A DNA stretch of 64,000 bases from Haliotis rubra (lineage: Eukaryota). The translations under genes were made by a program, and so were the position numbers. Position 1 is the stretch's first letter. Each line of letters starts with the position of its first letter. The stretch lies in the NCBI RefSeq assembly GCF_003918875.1, contig NW_025767086.1, positions 620,001 to 684,000 on the forward strand, written 5' to 3'. The notes beneath the pieces are model-generated. The model was not told the DNA's origin, searched no databases, and saw only the letters and a program-made list of their open reading frames with translations. Positions 50,301-63,555 of the stretch are shown here, one piece after another.

Positions 50301-51221
50301 AGTTTGTCTCTTTTTCCGAATCCTTCATTCCCTTTTCAAGGCTTGTCACGTGTTTGCGCAACCGCTCGATCTCTTTGTCTCGTTTTGCTATCTCGTCTGA
50401 TTTCAGGTTAAGCTGTTCCGCGACTCCTTGGCGTAACTGCTCAATGTCCTTCTGGGCGGTGATGAGAAGGTCCCTGATGTTCTGGCACTCACTCCTCTCG
50501 TCGGCCAGGAGCTGCTCGGTGTCCGCCAGCCTCTTGGCGAGCTCCGCTTCCCGCTGCATGTACTCCTGTTCCATTATCTGTCGCATCTTCTCGCCCTCGT
50601 CCCCAGCCCGGAACTTCATGTCCTCCAAATCTCCCTGTAGGATTGACAACCTCTTCCTGGCGTCCTGAATGATATTCTGTATCTCCAGCTCGTATGCTTC
50701 CTTCACCGCGTCGATTTCAACCTGAATTAAGATAAACATAGAAAATTCAACTATAAGATATAATTATCATTTCGTAAAATGTTGTTTGGCAATAAGCGCT
50801 CTTGTTTTAACAAGCGTAATTGTATTCTGTTTTAAGCCCAGGTGGCCTATTTATTTAGTATAGTTTCACCTCGTTCATGGCAAGTTTCCATAAAACCACG
50901 GAGGGGACACCCGAACTTAACACATGAAATGGAACAAAAACTTAACCACGGATGCCTACAGCTGCACCTTGATGAACGTTTCAAGAACGTCTTGACGTAA
51001 AACATGACAGACAGACATGCAGCGATATTCTCCACCTTTCTCTAGAAACTATGGAGTAACAATCTAAGTCTACTTCTATACGTATCTATATCTTTACATT
51101 TTCATCTTGACAGTGTTACCTCCTTTTCGTGATTCCGCGTGAAGAGCATGTGCACGACCTGCGTCAGCTCCGCCACCTTCTTGGACATCCGGAACTCAAA
51201 GCTTCTCCTCTGCGTCTCCAT
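47325..51221 (-). CDS. FAM184: FAM184-family coiled-coil protein, compact form (~413 aa)
   Basis: Exons 51221-51120, 50721-50077, 49368-49018 (alternative in-frame donor at 48991) and 47468-47325, all phase 0 and GT-AG. The N-terminal FRMSKKVAELTQVVHMLFTRNHEKEVEIDAVKEAYELEIQNI resembles the FAM184 signature (MSKKIAQLTKVIYALNTKNDEHE). YRLELSNRDSNFNRVF resembles the FAM184 C-terminal YQLELVNRETNFNKVF. Heptad-rich middle. Confidence 0.85.
49623..49782 (-). mobile_element. Family B SINE in a FAM184 intron
   Basis: Tail (gtgag)n..tttagcaatatcacggcgggggac..cggcgtgacgagcgaacgctttgaccactagcctacccca. Confidence 0.8.
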
Positions 51222-51442
51222 GTTCTCCTCTTCGTCTGTCACAACACCGTCACACTGCCGTCAAATACCAACATGCCAACCTCCGCTACAGTTTGACAAC
51301 CGTCACTAAACTTGGTCGGTTATCTTCAGCCGAACTCCATTATTGAGGTAGCTGTAAATGAAGGGGTGTGTTAGATAGATCGGTAACCTTACCAGACGCT
51401 GTCATTTAAAACGCCATGACCACATGTCTGGATCTCGTCCTG

Positions 51443-51692
51443 ACTGGTCGTAATGGAATACAGTAGTGTACGTAACTATCCGAACTGGTCGTAATGGAAT
51501 ACAGTAGTGTACGTAACTGTCCGAACTGGTCGTAATGGAATACAGTAGTGTACGTAACTATCCGAACTGGTCGTAATGGAATACAGTAGTGTACGTAACT
51601 ATCCGAACTGGTCGTAATGGAATACAGTAGTGTACGTAACTATCCGAACTGGTCGTAATGGAATACAGTAGTGTACGTAACTATCCGAACTG
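51443..51692. repeat. Minisatellite, 6 near-identical copies of a 41-bp unit
   Basis: Unit actggtcgtaatggaatacagtagtgtacgtaactatccga, with one substitution (copy 2). Confidence 0.95.
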
Positions 51693-52342
51693 TTCATGTA
51701 CAGAGCTAAAGTATTCTTGAACCACAGAAGTGACGTTTTCGCTAATTTTTAAGACGATTAGTCTGACGTTTCGACTGTACATCCTAATCTTTTATTTTCT
51801 TGATCCAGCACTTTGTGAAATGTATTTCATTACATGGCCCAATTGGTTTCACCGTGGCTCCGTTTAATCCCTCTAGCTTGTAAGGGAGATTAGTTAATCC
51901 TCTTGACTCGGTCAATTGTTCACTGGAGGTTAATCGACAGTGATATCCCATAATGATCTTATATCGAGCCAAAGCAGGCTGAGGTCCAGGAAAGGATGTG
52001 CAAGACCATAATCAAAACCTGTAAAATACGTATGACAATGTAGCAAATCCCATAATCTGTACAACCACCACTGAAACCTCCATTTTGCTGAAACAATTTT
52101 ATTAACTATACCACTAAAAAGATTTAAGGATCAGCCTTTTCTTTGATATGACTAAGGTTAATCTGCCATGCCGTATATTGTGAAGGAATCGGGTGGTACG
52201 TAACTTCTTGTGAGTAGTATATGTGTCCAATGTTTACATGTCCTGTCGGGTCACTAGGCTCTGTGTTGGTGAGTGGGTTGGTTTAACGCCTGGTTATACA
52301 ATAAGGAGAAAGCAAAGTGCATGCAAGGTTCAGAGCTAAGGG

Positions 52343-52585
52343 TGAGTGAGTTTAGTTTTACGCCGCACTCAGCAATATTCCAGCTATATGGCGGCGGTCT
52401 GTAAATAATCGTGTCTGGACCAGACAATCCAGGGATCAACAGCATGAACATCGATCTACACAATTGGGATACGTTGACATGTTGTCAACCAAGTCAGGGA
52501 GCCTGACCACCCGATGCCGTTAGTCGCCTCTTACGACAAGCATGGGTTACTGAAGATCAATTCTGACCCGGATCTTCACGGGTCT
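52343..52585 (-). mobile_element. SINE family A, full length
   Basis: TSD agagctaaggg at 52332-52342 and 52586-52596. Element ends ggatcttcacggg. Confidence 0.9.
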
Positions 52586-55500
52586 AGAGCTAAGGGACCA
52601 ACTATCATAATCGGGATAAGTATCGGGTTCGAACCCAGCTACCGTATTGTTTCTCCAGGTTTCTCTGCTCTAGCTATCTGCCAATACAGAGCTACTGCGA
52701 TGACCACATGTTAGCAACTGTTACTCCTTGTATTAACAGGTGAAATGTCTGACGTGACGTCAAGAATTGTTTTCACAACAGCGAACCCAACTCAGAGAGG
52801 TTTCTAAAGAATGTCTCAATAGAAGCCCTCCGCGTACAGCCCTGTCCACAACGTGTTGTATGGTGGGGCCACTGACACGGAACACAAAGGGGCACCGGTT
52901 TAATATATTGATTATAATGCATAACTGTACGTACGTGGGGATCACGTTGTCAGTCACTGTAATGGGATATATACCTATCAAGATCATAGATCAAGAAACG
53001 TTTTCACGTTCGACTGATCGCCGATATATTGGTATTGTAACTGAGATCACAACAAAAACACCATAATTTAGGTTGGGTTGCCGTACATTCGCCAGTAGGT
53101 AAAGTTTAGAAAGTTTATTTTCAAACAAGCACACGATGCACCGTTTATGGTAACCTACTAACGTATAGAACATGCTATAAACACCACTCCAAGAATATCG
53201 ACAAGAGCTATAAATACTTGAGGTTTTAATAAGCACTATCCAAAGGTAGTATCGCCAACATATATACTCCATTAAATAGCATAAAAACATAAATGAAGTA
53301 TAAAGCGGCGTTATGAATTCACTACAGAGTGTTGTACAGATATTACCTTGAACTTTGCAGCTGACGTTCGGAATCAGCTCTCCTCACAAACATCGTCAAC
53401 ACCTACATCCAAACCCTGCCGTTGTCAATCAAGTTCGAGAGTGTACCGTTTACAGCCTGTAAGAAATTACTCCATAGCGTAGGGATAAGCGTATTACTGA
53501 AATTCTGTTCGCGAATTAATCTACTTAGGACTGACATTATTTTTGTTCAGTCGTGTATCCCCGATCGCCCTGCTTTACACCGGGGTATGCGGGGGGCTGG
53601 GGGATTATAGCGTCGTCGTCAACCTGCAGCTGGGTATGGGCAGGGGTTATCTCCAACAGAATACTTGATCAATATTGGTTTTCGAGCGAGTAATGTGTTT
53701 GACAACGTGTCCGTCACCCCACTTGTTACTGTCACAAGGGCAAGCCGCGTGGAGGGGGCGCGACAATGTACGTATAACTAGAGCGCCTCCAATGTGACAT
53801 TACAGGCATGCGCAGAGGAATGTCATAAAACCCATAGTTCTCGGCGTGTCTTAACGTCTTCAGGTTACATAAAACAACAACGAGGCTTATAATAATTTGA
53901 TAATGGACTATTCATCTCGATTTCATTCCGTCTGTCTTACATATCCCAAAGAATACACATATGAAAGAAATAAATCCCACTTCAGGCTATCATTATTTAG
54001 CAAGTCCTAACTGCCTCAGCTCTGAAATTAAGCATTGTTCTGGGTTCAGGTTGAATATATTTTTTATCTTGCTGACACATTTTCTAAATTAGCTAATCTT
54101 ATTCTGGGATAAGATGTTATTATAAGACACGCCAGCTGTATGACATTATATATATTTACTGGAAAGAATTTTATGTTTCATTTTAGTTCACTGCGTGCGA
54201 GGTTTCTACCGTATATAAGAGAGACTGCAGGTACAAAGACACCGGCATCACACCTTGAAAGGCTGTGGAATCAATCCTGTCGCCATCCCTAAGCCGGATG
54301 CTTAGAAAAGTATGCTTGGTATATACACATGCCGATATTTCAATCCTGAAATGTATGTTTCGTCTTTCTTTGAGCAAAGTGACAAACAAATAGAATATTT
54401 ATCCCTAAGCTTCTGAGCACGCATGCATTCTGTGTGAAATAACCAAGTACCGTTTCAGGACATTTAGCGGTTGGTGTACCGGATGACTACAGTATAGAGT
54501 GGGGACTTGGAACCCTTATGTATCTTCAGGAATAACCTCTAACTGATGGACATGACTGATTTTAGCATGCATAGCCTAACTGCATGACTTCTATGGCTGG
54601 TAAATAAGTGCAAGCCCCTAGCTTTTAAAAGATTTGAATTCTATTATTTGCACATAAAAACACATAACATCTATAAAAATAGAAGAGAGAACAGACCATG
54701 CTCCATCCACTCTAAAGGGTCTCTGACTTTGAAATGGCCATAACTCTCTTTCACACTGATAAGTGACAGATCCACTATATAACAAGTGTACCTTGTCGAG
54801 CCACACACCTGTCGCAGTAACGCGCTACCTGTTCCTCCAAGCACCTGTTGCCAGTGAAACCCGGGTCACTGCTTGACCTCTGGCCTCTGTGACTTTAGGC
54901 ATTGTCCTCACTGTCTCATCGGGAGTGAGGATCAAGATGAATGCAAGTGGACCCGTTTGAAAGGAACAGATGGTGTTTAAGAAATGTGTGCTTCCTGTGA
55001 AGTGATCTTGTTGGTGTACGTGTATTTACCGTGACCGCAGTTGAGGGGTCCACAACGGTTAGAGCCAAACGGTTAAATCTGCAATTACATGCGTGTATGT
55101 ATACATGGCAGCGCGATTTGTCACTTAACGAGCTCCGGCTAGATAAGATATAGGTTTCATTTCCGTTATTCACAAAGGCCTCACCATGAATGTGATATTC
55201 AAAGCTAACACAAAGACCCGACCGAAATAGGATCATCCTCCAGTCTGCAGTCGGAGAAGACCGAGCATATAATTATATACACTACCTGAAATGGCTCATG
55301 GGTGGTAAATAACACAGTGAACATTGGGTGAGGAAGTTATGCGTTAACAGGCAAAGTTCCTGGCGTGCTGTGAAGGATTCCCAGCGTGATTTTCAAAAGT
55401 GTATCCTGCATAAACACAATACCTGTGTATAGTCTAGGGTAAACATTCCAATGACTGTGCAAAGCGCTATTTCAAACTAGTTTTTAAGATGATAAAACAT

Positions 55501-56377
55501 AATCGAAAGAATTGAAATGTGTTTTAAAATGTGCTCGTCTCTCACCTCAATGTTTTACATCAATAATTATTGGTCGAATTACAGACTGTCCAGAATAACG
55601 CTCTAAATGACGATCAAGCTGTCGACCACGCCTAGTTCCTCCTTGAACGTTCAATTCAGATCAAGGTGCATTTACCGACGATATTCGTAGAGAGGGCGTT
55701 ACAAGAGCCACGTTCAGGTTGGTTTCTGAGAATGTTCCATATTGAACCTTCTGACTGGCCATAGCAGAACGTTATTATCTAAACGGTGTGTTCTATTCCA
55801 TTCAACCGGTGTGTGAGTATCTACGCTGATCATATATCAGCTGGTTTCGGAAGCAGTTCTGTCAGTAACCAGATAACAATAAGGCTGGAAAATCGAACCA
55901 GGGTCTTCAGGGTGAGGCGCGACATTCTATTCTTACTGGTCTACACTCATCGGCCCTGCCATTCATGTTGTAGAGAATATTGTTTAAGTTCAACTCCAGA
56001 CGGTCTAGTCACCTTGCACCTATCTTCATGCAGTTTGCAACTGTTGGTGAAAAACTCTACTGCTGACTTAATATTGGATATTCTACATCGTTGATTGTCA
56101 AATATTGTCTTAAACATGTGGTAACTGGTGCAGCTGCGGGCCCTGGCTACAACATGACATCTGTAGCCAACGGGTGACCACAACATTTAACTACAGTCTA
56201 CACACAGTTACAGTTAAGAGACAATAGAGTGAATTCTTATGACATGAATCACACTTCCTTCAGTTGCCAAGTGGTCCAAGTGTAGTCATTCTACAGCTCA
56301 CCGTCAACCCTAGACTTGCACAAGGAAATAATTAATAGTTTAAATCATATAGTCTAAATATTAAAGAATGTACATAT

Positions 56378-56935
56378 ATGTACATAAATGTTTTTATTAA
56401 ATCTGTAACACAAAGGTTAAAAGATATGTACTTGCCACTCTGGACTGCTTCGCTAACTCTATCACCCAAAACCTCATTATATAGCACTTTTAAATCAGAT
56501 CTTATAGCAGAGCGTTACCTCCTTGATGTTAACATTAAAAAGTTTAGGACAGCAACTGCACGACTAAGATGTACATCCCATGAATTAAATATAGAAAAGG
56601 GCAGATATCATAATGTTCCACGATAAAATAGACTGTGTATGTTATGTGATTTAGGGGTGATAGAAGATGAGTATCATTTTATATTAGTCTGTTCGCATTT
56701 TCACAATTTAAGAATGTTATATATACCCCCATTTTACCGCATCAATCACTGTGAATATAAATTAAGGTTATTGTTGAAAGCAACAAATCTACAAATTGTT
56801 AAAAATCTATCAATGTACATCTTTCATGGGTTCAAAAGTAGAAAATATGTTTTAAATACCATGTAACTGTACACACTTGTATTGTACTATAGGCCTGTGG
56901 CTTCATCAGTACCCTGAATAAAAGAAATTGAAATT
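56378..56935 (+). mobile_element. 5'-truncated LINE (L2/Crack/CR1-group) 3' end
   Basis: ARLRCTSHELNIEKGRY..R*NRLCMLCDLGVIEDEYHFILVC, aataaa plus (aaattg)n tail, TSD gaatgtacatat at 56366-56377 and 56936-56947. Confidence 0.85.
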
Positions 56936-57204
56936 GAATGTACATATTTCTCCAACCGACTGGCGTCCTTGGCCTTGTACTGTCCGCTTATCTAGACTTG
57001 CCTCTTTAAAGGATAGAATCACTATACATACATGGGCTTAGCCTTCAGTACAGCCTTGGAGCAAGGCTACGTCAACCCCTTCCTCCCTCTAAGGCCAACA
57101 GCAAACCACTCATTGAGAATGTGTGCATCACTCCAGATAACGAAGCGGGGCAGATTTATCAATATATATACAGGTTATTTATCAATTGATATTTGACATA
57201 AAAT

Positions 57205-57356
57205 GTATATAAGGTAGGTAGTATTGCTCAATGGTTTGAACATTTTTCGTCACTCCGAAGCGCCGTTCTCCACATGTGCAAGTCCGACTCTGGTGAGCCC
57301 CACTGTTCTGATGCTGAAAATTATGCAAAAAATGTGTAAAACCAAACTCACTCACT
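57205..57356 (+). mobile_element. Degenerate family B SINE
   Basis: ..cgtcactccgaag..tctggtgagcccc..gtaaaaccaaactcactcact. Confidence 0.5.
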
Positions 57357-57579
57357 ACACCTAATTAAGGGAGATGGTGATGTATTAGATACAAATGCCC
57401 CGTGAAACCACGCTGTCATTATAACATCGTATCCATGTGTTCTGTAAGTATGTATCATTTCCCAGACATATGGAGAAACACTATTTGCTCCGTTTCCTGT
57501 ACATGTATATAAATTTGTGAGTTTATATCGTGGTACTTAAGGTGTTCAGATAATGACTGGAAAATCTTGTATATATTGT

Positions 57580-57730
57580 GATTGAGTTATTTAGTCCGCA
57601 TTCAGCAACATCCAGAGCCATATGACAGGGGCAACGTCAGGAATAGACTGAAATACTGAACCTGCGTGGAGAATCGAAACTGACTCTTCGGCGTGACGAG
57701 CTAACACTTTATCCACAAGGCTACCCCACC
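57580..57730 (-). mobile_element. Degenerate family B SINE
   Basis: gaatcgaaactgactcttcggcgtgacgagc..ggctaccccacc. Confidence 0.65.
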
Positions 57731-59759
57731 TCACCACATGCAAAGCCTAGAGACTGTTGAGATCCGCATTCTTTGTATATGAATATGTTTTGTGCTGTCT
57801 TTGAAAACACCAGTATTTAAACAGTACATGGCTACGCTCAAGATACCAATACAAGATAGGTGTGGTATCGAGGCAAACTCTATATTCCCCGTCTTCAAAT
57901 ACAACACACGGGAATTAATCACACAGACTTCGATCATACTTAATAAACCACGTAAAATACCTTATAGCGTTGAGTTCTAAATCCTAGGGTCAGTGAAAAA
58001 CTCGACATATCCTAAAGTGGTAATAGTGCGATAAATCTTTAGAAACGGAGTGTCTATGTTCCAGTCCTACCACTGTATGCGGGTTATCTGATCTCCAAAT
58101 GAATCTTCAGACATGTCACGTTAATATCGAAACCAACTACACTGTTCGTGTCTAGCATTTGCAGGATTCATTATGTCACGACGGACAGAGCCAGTCAGGA
58201 CAATCTTACCGGGTGTACGGAAACCAGCGTGTCACAGCTCGGCGAAATGGAACTTGTCTCGTCTACTCTCCCCTGTGCCCCGGCACCAGGCGATCTATGT
58301 GTCGTCTGCCCAGATGGCAGACGATCAGTGTCGTCTGCTCCCACGGGCACGAAGGGACGGTCCAAGGCTGTGTAAGTTCTGTAGTCCAACACCTTCACTC
58401 TGTCTAGGAGTGATTTGACAAACAAAATAATCAATACATCTGGATCTGATTTTGTCGCTTGCCCTGTCCGTGTTCACTTGTTCTCAGCAACGGAAAGTGA
58501 CGTGATTCAACTAGCCACAAAGTGAAAGGCAGCTGTGCTATATCTGGTGAAGCCGGTAAAAGTATCCCATAGCTTGTGTCGCGGGTAAACATAACCTACT
58601 GAAAGAGTACAGCACCCCGAGAGTAGCCGGTAAACACAACTAAATACCCTTGCTAAACGACATGTACAAATCCCATTCTTGCGTCCACATAAAGCCCCGG
58701 CCTCCTGGCGTCTTGACGGTAGCTTAGCATGCTAGTGACTGGTAGCAAACATTACTATAACGTGTGCACCGACCGAGTATTTCATATCTAGCATGCCGTT
58801 ATTGTTTATAGGGAGTATACTAGGTCAGCTCTCATGTTCTGTCACTATATTTAACTATATCAAACTTAGTCGCGATCGATCAACCCAATAGAGTGTTATA
58901 ATATTGATCAAAACAAAGCAGTTCCGTCGTAGGGTTGTTTGGGCTTTCATTCAATAAAGCTTTCTTTGAAGCATTAATGTTACAAACAGCAGCAAGGGTA
59001 GGAGACAGATATTGTTTTGCTGACTGGCAAAGTGAATGGAAAATTGGCAATCAATAACACGATTGCTATCGAGACACTTTCAGGGAGTAAAGTGATTACG
59101 TTGAGTGACTTTGGAAGCTATAATCACGCCGGAGACGCTTTGCAGCTTAACTCCATGCACCGGGAGAGGTTGTCAAACATCACGATGATAAAGAACAGTG
59201 TCAGTACAGAGTGATAAATGTAAAGACAAACCTGTCAAACGTTGTCTTAATGATTCCGATGGTTCAGTACATGATATTTACACTAGAATATACGGGGTTG
59301 TTTGATTTATAATGCTTTTACTGAAATCACTGTTGACATAGAATTGAAATGATAATGTTCAAAAGAAGAAAAAGTTGTTCTTTTAATTTATTTCGTGTTC
59401 CTATTACCCATGAAAATGAGTGAAAAACTGGATGGATATATATTTGCCGGGAAACAGTGACCAAAAACATATGCCCCATTCCCCATACTGAATGCCAAAT
59501 TTCGATTCAAACTTTCACAGGACAATAATATGGTGATGGCACCACTTTGAATTTTTTTTTGAAAGAGGATCACTGACTATCAAGTGTCATCATTGCAATA
59601 AAAATACAAAGTGCCAGCTGATGGGCCCAGTCATTTAAGATAAGCGGGTAAAAAATGTGTATGGGAGTCGTGGTCCATCGTCTGTGTAATGATGACGTTT
59701 TACGTGCGCTTCTAATAACGGGACAGGTGCGATGGACGTATGCGCATCGTTTCTGCGCA

Positions 59760-59773
59760 TTTACCATAGCAAC
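59760..59773 (+). promoter_or_regulatory. RFX X-box upstream of SPAG8
   Basis: tttaccatagcaac matches the GTNNCC-AT-RGYAAC pattern, including a complete right half-site, ~115 bp upstream of the ATG. This fits a ciliary gene. Confidence 0.6.
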
Positions 59774-59887
59774 GTCAGCCATACTGCTTCCGTGTAAACA
59801 ATCCTGACTGCTTGTTGTATCGCCTTCACTTTTTTGAGACAGCGCGTGAATTTGACATACTTTCTCAATAATCGCACACCTTTTAAT

Positions 59888-62800
59888 ATGAGTTTGCTTA
59901 ATCAAGGTCGAAATGAGATACGGTTCAACAACTCTGAAGGAAAATGTTTGCTAGAGAACTGGGTCGAAGAGGTAAGTAGGCGGTTTGACCATTACGGCCT
60001 GTGTAACAAAATACAATTTTACACTGTGTAAGTTTCTTCGTCGGATATTTGGCTCACAACTTTCTCTCTAATATTTATAAACATTCATCAAGTATATCAT
60101 TAATGTCGAAAAAAATACCTAGGACAATTTTTTGCATAAATATTTATGAAGCTATTTTGGACATCCATAAATTAAAGAATGATATTGCAAACTATTGTAG
60201 ATCATGCGTAAAATATAGTTAGATATATCTATCCAGAAACAAGTTGAACTCCAAAAAATAAACGAAGAATAAATTGATCAAATTCAAATTCGTAACAAAA
60301 TACATCGGTAGAAAGAAGGAGAGATGACGAATCACGTTTCCACTTGCAAAATAGAAAATACAAATTTATGATTAAACTTATTCTTAACACCGTCATAAAT
60401 GACAATGGTGAGGAAGTAACATAGAGAAAAGCTGTTATCAAAGAACAAAAATAATTTTACGGAAACTTATGTAAATCCAGTGGTGACATAAATGAAGAAT
60501 CCAAAGCTATAAGTATCCGGTATACCAAAACACTGTTACTCTCCAACAGTAAATGTAGACCCAGTAGATAAATTAGATGGTAAAATTAATCTGGCATACA
60601 TTTCTCAGGCATTTAAGTCAATGAAAACAATACAAGTCCAAGATGGGGGAAAACATTCCCATTGTACACCCACCCATATACTGAGACTGATTTTCAAAAA
60701 GTTTATGAAACTCTTTCAAAACAATTTATTATAATGGTTCTATATAAATTTGGATTTGGGTCTAATATACAGAAATGTGATAGTACTTTGCTGACTAATG
60801 CATTATCTTGCATAATACAAAATAACCATATTTCAACCTTTTTAAAAACAAAAGTGGAAAAGGAATAGTCCATGTTAAAAATCATGTACTGATCACTGTT
60901 TCATTCCATTAGGGGAACTTTCAATTCAAAGGTACTTTACATGATTACAACTGTGTTCTCATTAACATTCCAAAAATCATAGAAAGATCTTATATGAAGC
61001 ACTACAAACTTAAATTTATCAAAATTAACAATGTGTCCTCCTCATGCTGTAACCTGCAACTTTTAAGAGTGGATAGATTGTTGAATTGTTCAATTTATCT
61101 GAATTTTTCTGTGACACTGACATCAATTTGTACAATCTTTTGTATTTCAGAGAGCGGTGAAGGAGATAGTACCAGACAATGCTAATAGTAATGTTGCCAG
61201 TGCTCAGGGGTTTAAAGATGGACATCAAGGAATCCTATCAACGGCATTCGATGCTAAACCTGAGAAGCTCACAACATTTACCGATTCATATAGGGAACCT
61301 GTTAGGCCTGATGTCAGACAGATAGGTAATGAAGCATGCATAATTCAGTAACATCATGTGTGTGGAAAGTCTGTTCTTGTGTGCATCTGGGGCGGTGGGG
61401 TAGCCAAGTGGTTAAAGCATTCACCTGTCACGCCAAAGACCCGGCTTCGATTGCCCACATGGGTAAACGTGTGAAGCCCATTTCTGGTGTCTGGTGTTGC
61501 TAAAAGCAGCTTAAAACCATACTCACTCACCCCTGTGTACATCTATTTGTGCAGTTTGGTTTTCTGAACAGGGAGAACACTGCAGCATATAACACCGAGG
61601 TGAACTGGTCACAATACGATAAATACTGCAATACACATATTCATGTAACATCATATGGAAACTTCCTATTTGTACAGGTTCCAAGGAAAAGCTAGATGGA
61701 GACACAATGTCATGTTGATTGTGTCTATTGTTCATATTAAACATGTTACCTGTATGCTGAAACCAATTCATTTCCAATATTTGACATAACAAACTATGGG
61801 TTGGGGAGTGTCAGTAAAAGAATCATAAGTGTATTGTCTTGTTTTGATTCAGTGACTAACAGATTGTGCTTCATATGGTTGAATACAAATTGAACTGATG
61901 TATCATTTCACTCCTAACATGTATAAAATATGAAGATGTTCATAATGAAACAACTTGTCTTTTCAGGGAAAAAAGCAGAATTAATGCAGCAGATGTTGTT
62001 TGAGAAAGTCAGGTAAGATCTCAAACAGTTTAGTCTTTAATGGGTATTAAGATGTTTTACAAAAATCGATAATAACAAGGAAAAATATGTCTAAACGATA
62101 TTCTGAATTAGTGCTAGCAGCTTATGTTTGTGTTGAAATTGTTTGACAGTCAAGAAGTGCATGATGAGTTCAACCAACCACCACCAGAGGCCGACTTCAG
62201 ATCTGTCACAATGGCTGACTTCAACAAGCCTGATTTTGTGTCCATCAAACCTAAACCCACAGCTGTGAGTATTCAACAATAAATCTGATTATATCTTACA
62301 GATTTCTTCACCTGTCCAAACAGAAAGTCTTTGTGTTAATACAAACTGGAAAACAAAATGAGAGAGATATTGTCCATTAACAGTGGCTAATGACACCGAC
62401 TCATGTTAGATTACACCTAACATTTACTGCAAAGGAACTCAAAACATGTTGAGTTTGTATTCGGAACCAAAAAGCAGAAAATTCCATTGTCAGATCTACA
62501 TACACTTTAAACTTGTTTAAATCAACACAGCTGTGTTTCAGTGTTTTGTTTATTCATTTCAGAATCATGATTACCGGACAGATCAGCCAGTCAGCTTCTG
62601 GTCAGAGCACAGAGACAGAGCAACAGTGAGTTATCTGTCCTTTGTTTGATCGGACTCATTAAGTTGTTACAATTTAATTCTGGGTAAACCTAATTATATA
62701 AGCTTTCCTATGTCAAATACTGTATCTGCCATCTTCCTTTTTGTGCTAAATATCATTCGTGACATGATGGCTAAACAAGACCTTTCTTCTTCATTTTGTT

Positions 62801-63000
62801 TTGGCACTGAACCATATTCAGCTTATACACACTGAAGTTTCTGTTGATGATGACAGTATTACTTCTTACATTAACAGGGTGTGACGCAGGTGAAGACCCG
62901 AGACACAGCGTTTCGCAAGAATGATGGCTTCAGTAAACCAATCAGTGAATACTGGGATGAACCACAGCCATATGAGCTGGAAAACTATCCCAAAATGTGA
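59888..63000 (+). CDS. SPAG8: Sperm-associated antigen 8-like (ciliary microtubule inner protein), 201 aa
   Basis: Exons 59888-59971, 61151-61325, 61967-62012, 62150-62264, 62563-62625 and 62878-63000 total 606 nt, in frame. Motifs GKCLLENWVEER, GHQGIL, TTFTDSY, HDYRTDQPVSFW and GVTQVKTRDTAFRKNDGFSKP..PYELENYP match the conserved SPAG8 C-terminal region. AATAAA at ~63333. Confidence 0.9.
60170..60660 (+). mobile_element. Decayed L1/Tx1-like LINE fragment in SPAG8 intron 1
   Basis: A-rich remnant reading INDNGEEVT..VIKEQK*FYGNL..AFKSMK..SP.DG, typical of the region just before the RT domain. Confidence 0.45.
61388..61530 (+). mobile_element. Family B SINE in SPAG8 intron 2
   Basis: ggggcggtggggtagccaagtggttaaagc..ttcgattgccc..aaaaccatactcactcac. 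Confidence 0.82.
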
Positions 63001-63414
63001 ACATTTTTAACTTTGTGATAAACATGTTTTGGACAGTACAGATTTTGAAAAGATACACTTCATAGCAGGAATATGGAGGGTTACATGTGCTTCTCAAGTA
63101 TAAGATTTATTGTAATAATACATTCTTGGCAATAGCAAACTCATCTACATCTATGTTTCATATTTCTTTCCGTCAATTCTGAATATATTTAGGTCAAAGC
63201 TCCTTTCTAAAATTGGTTTTATCGCTGGATGTGGTCATCTGGATCTATCCTAACTTTAACCATTTTGTTAAGATGTGGTGTGCAAGCCTGTCACTAGACT
63301 GATCTTGTCCATATATTGTACAGTCATTTATTAATAAATGCTATTGTAAATACAGAAAGTTGTCTCTTAGCTGCACAATTGCTACCCTGGAGGTGTCTTC
63401 AGTGTGCCTCTGTA

Positions 63415-63555
63415 TTATGTGCTCAACACATGGTGCAGTTTCTATAGTAGTATAGCAATTCACTGACTGACATCATGAACACTGCTCCACACAACTATGA
63501 AACAATGACCGGCATCAACCAAGAGAGAACATCATTGATCATAATATCAATCACT
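63415..63555 (-). mobile_element. Degenerate family A SINE fragment
   Basis: cactgactgacatcatgaacactgctccacacaactatgaaacaatgac..caaccaag is a diverged match to the family A body. Confidence 0.4.

Noticed and set aside
50113-50668. + strand ORFs of 95 and 131 aa
   Set aside because: Antisense shadows of the FAM184 coiled-coil exon.
51443-51692. CRISPR-like regular repeat
   Set aside because: Units are contiguous with no unique spacers, there are no cas genes, and the context is eukaryotic. It is a minisatellite.
52517-52583. Family A SINE head as a canonical HDV-like or hammerhead ribozyme
   Set aside because: It has a CUAA followed by a closing stem, but I find no P1/P3/L3 (UCCUCG-like) arrangement and no CUGAUGA..GAAA core. 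Kept only as an unassigned structured RNA.
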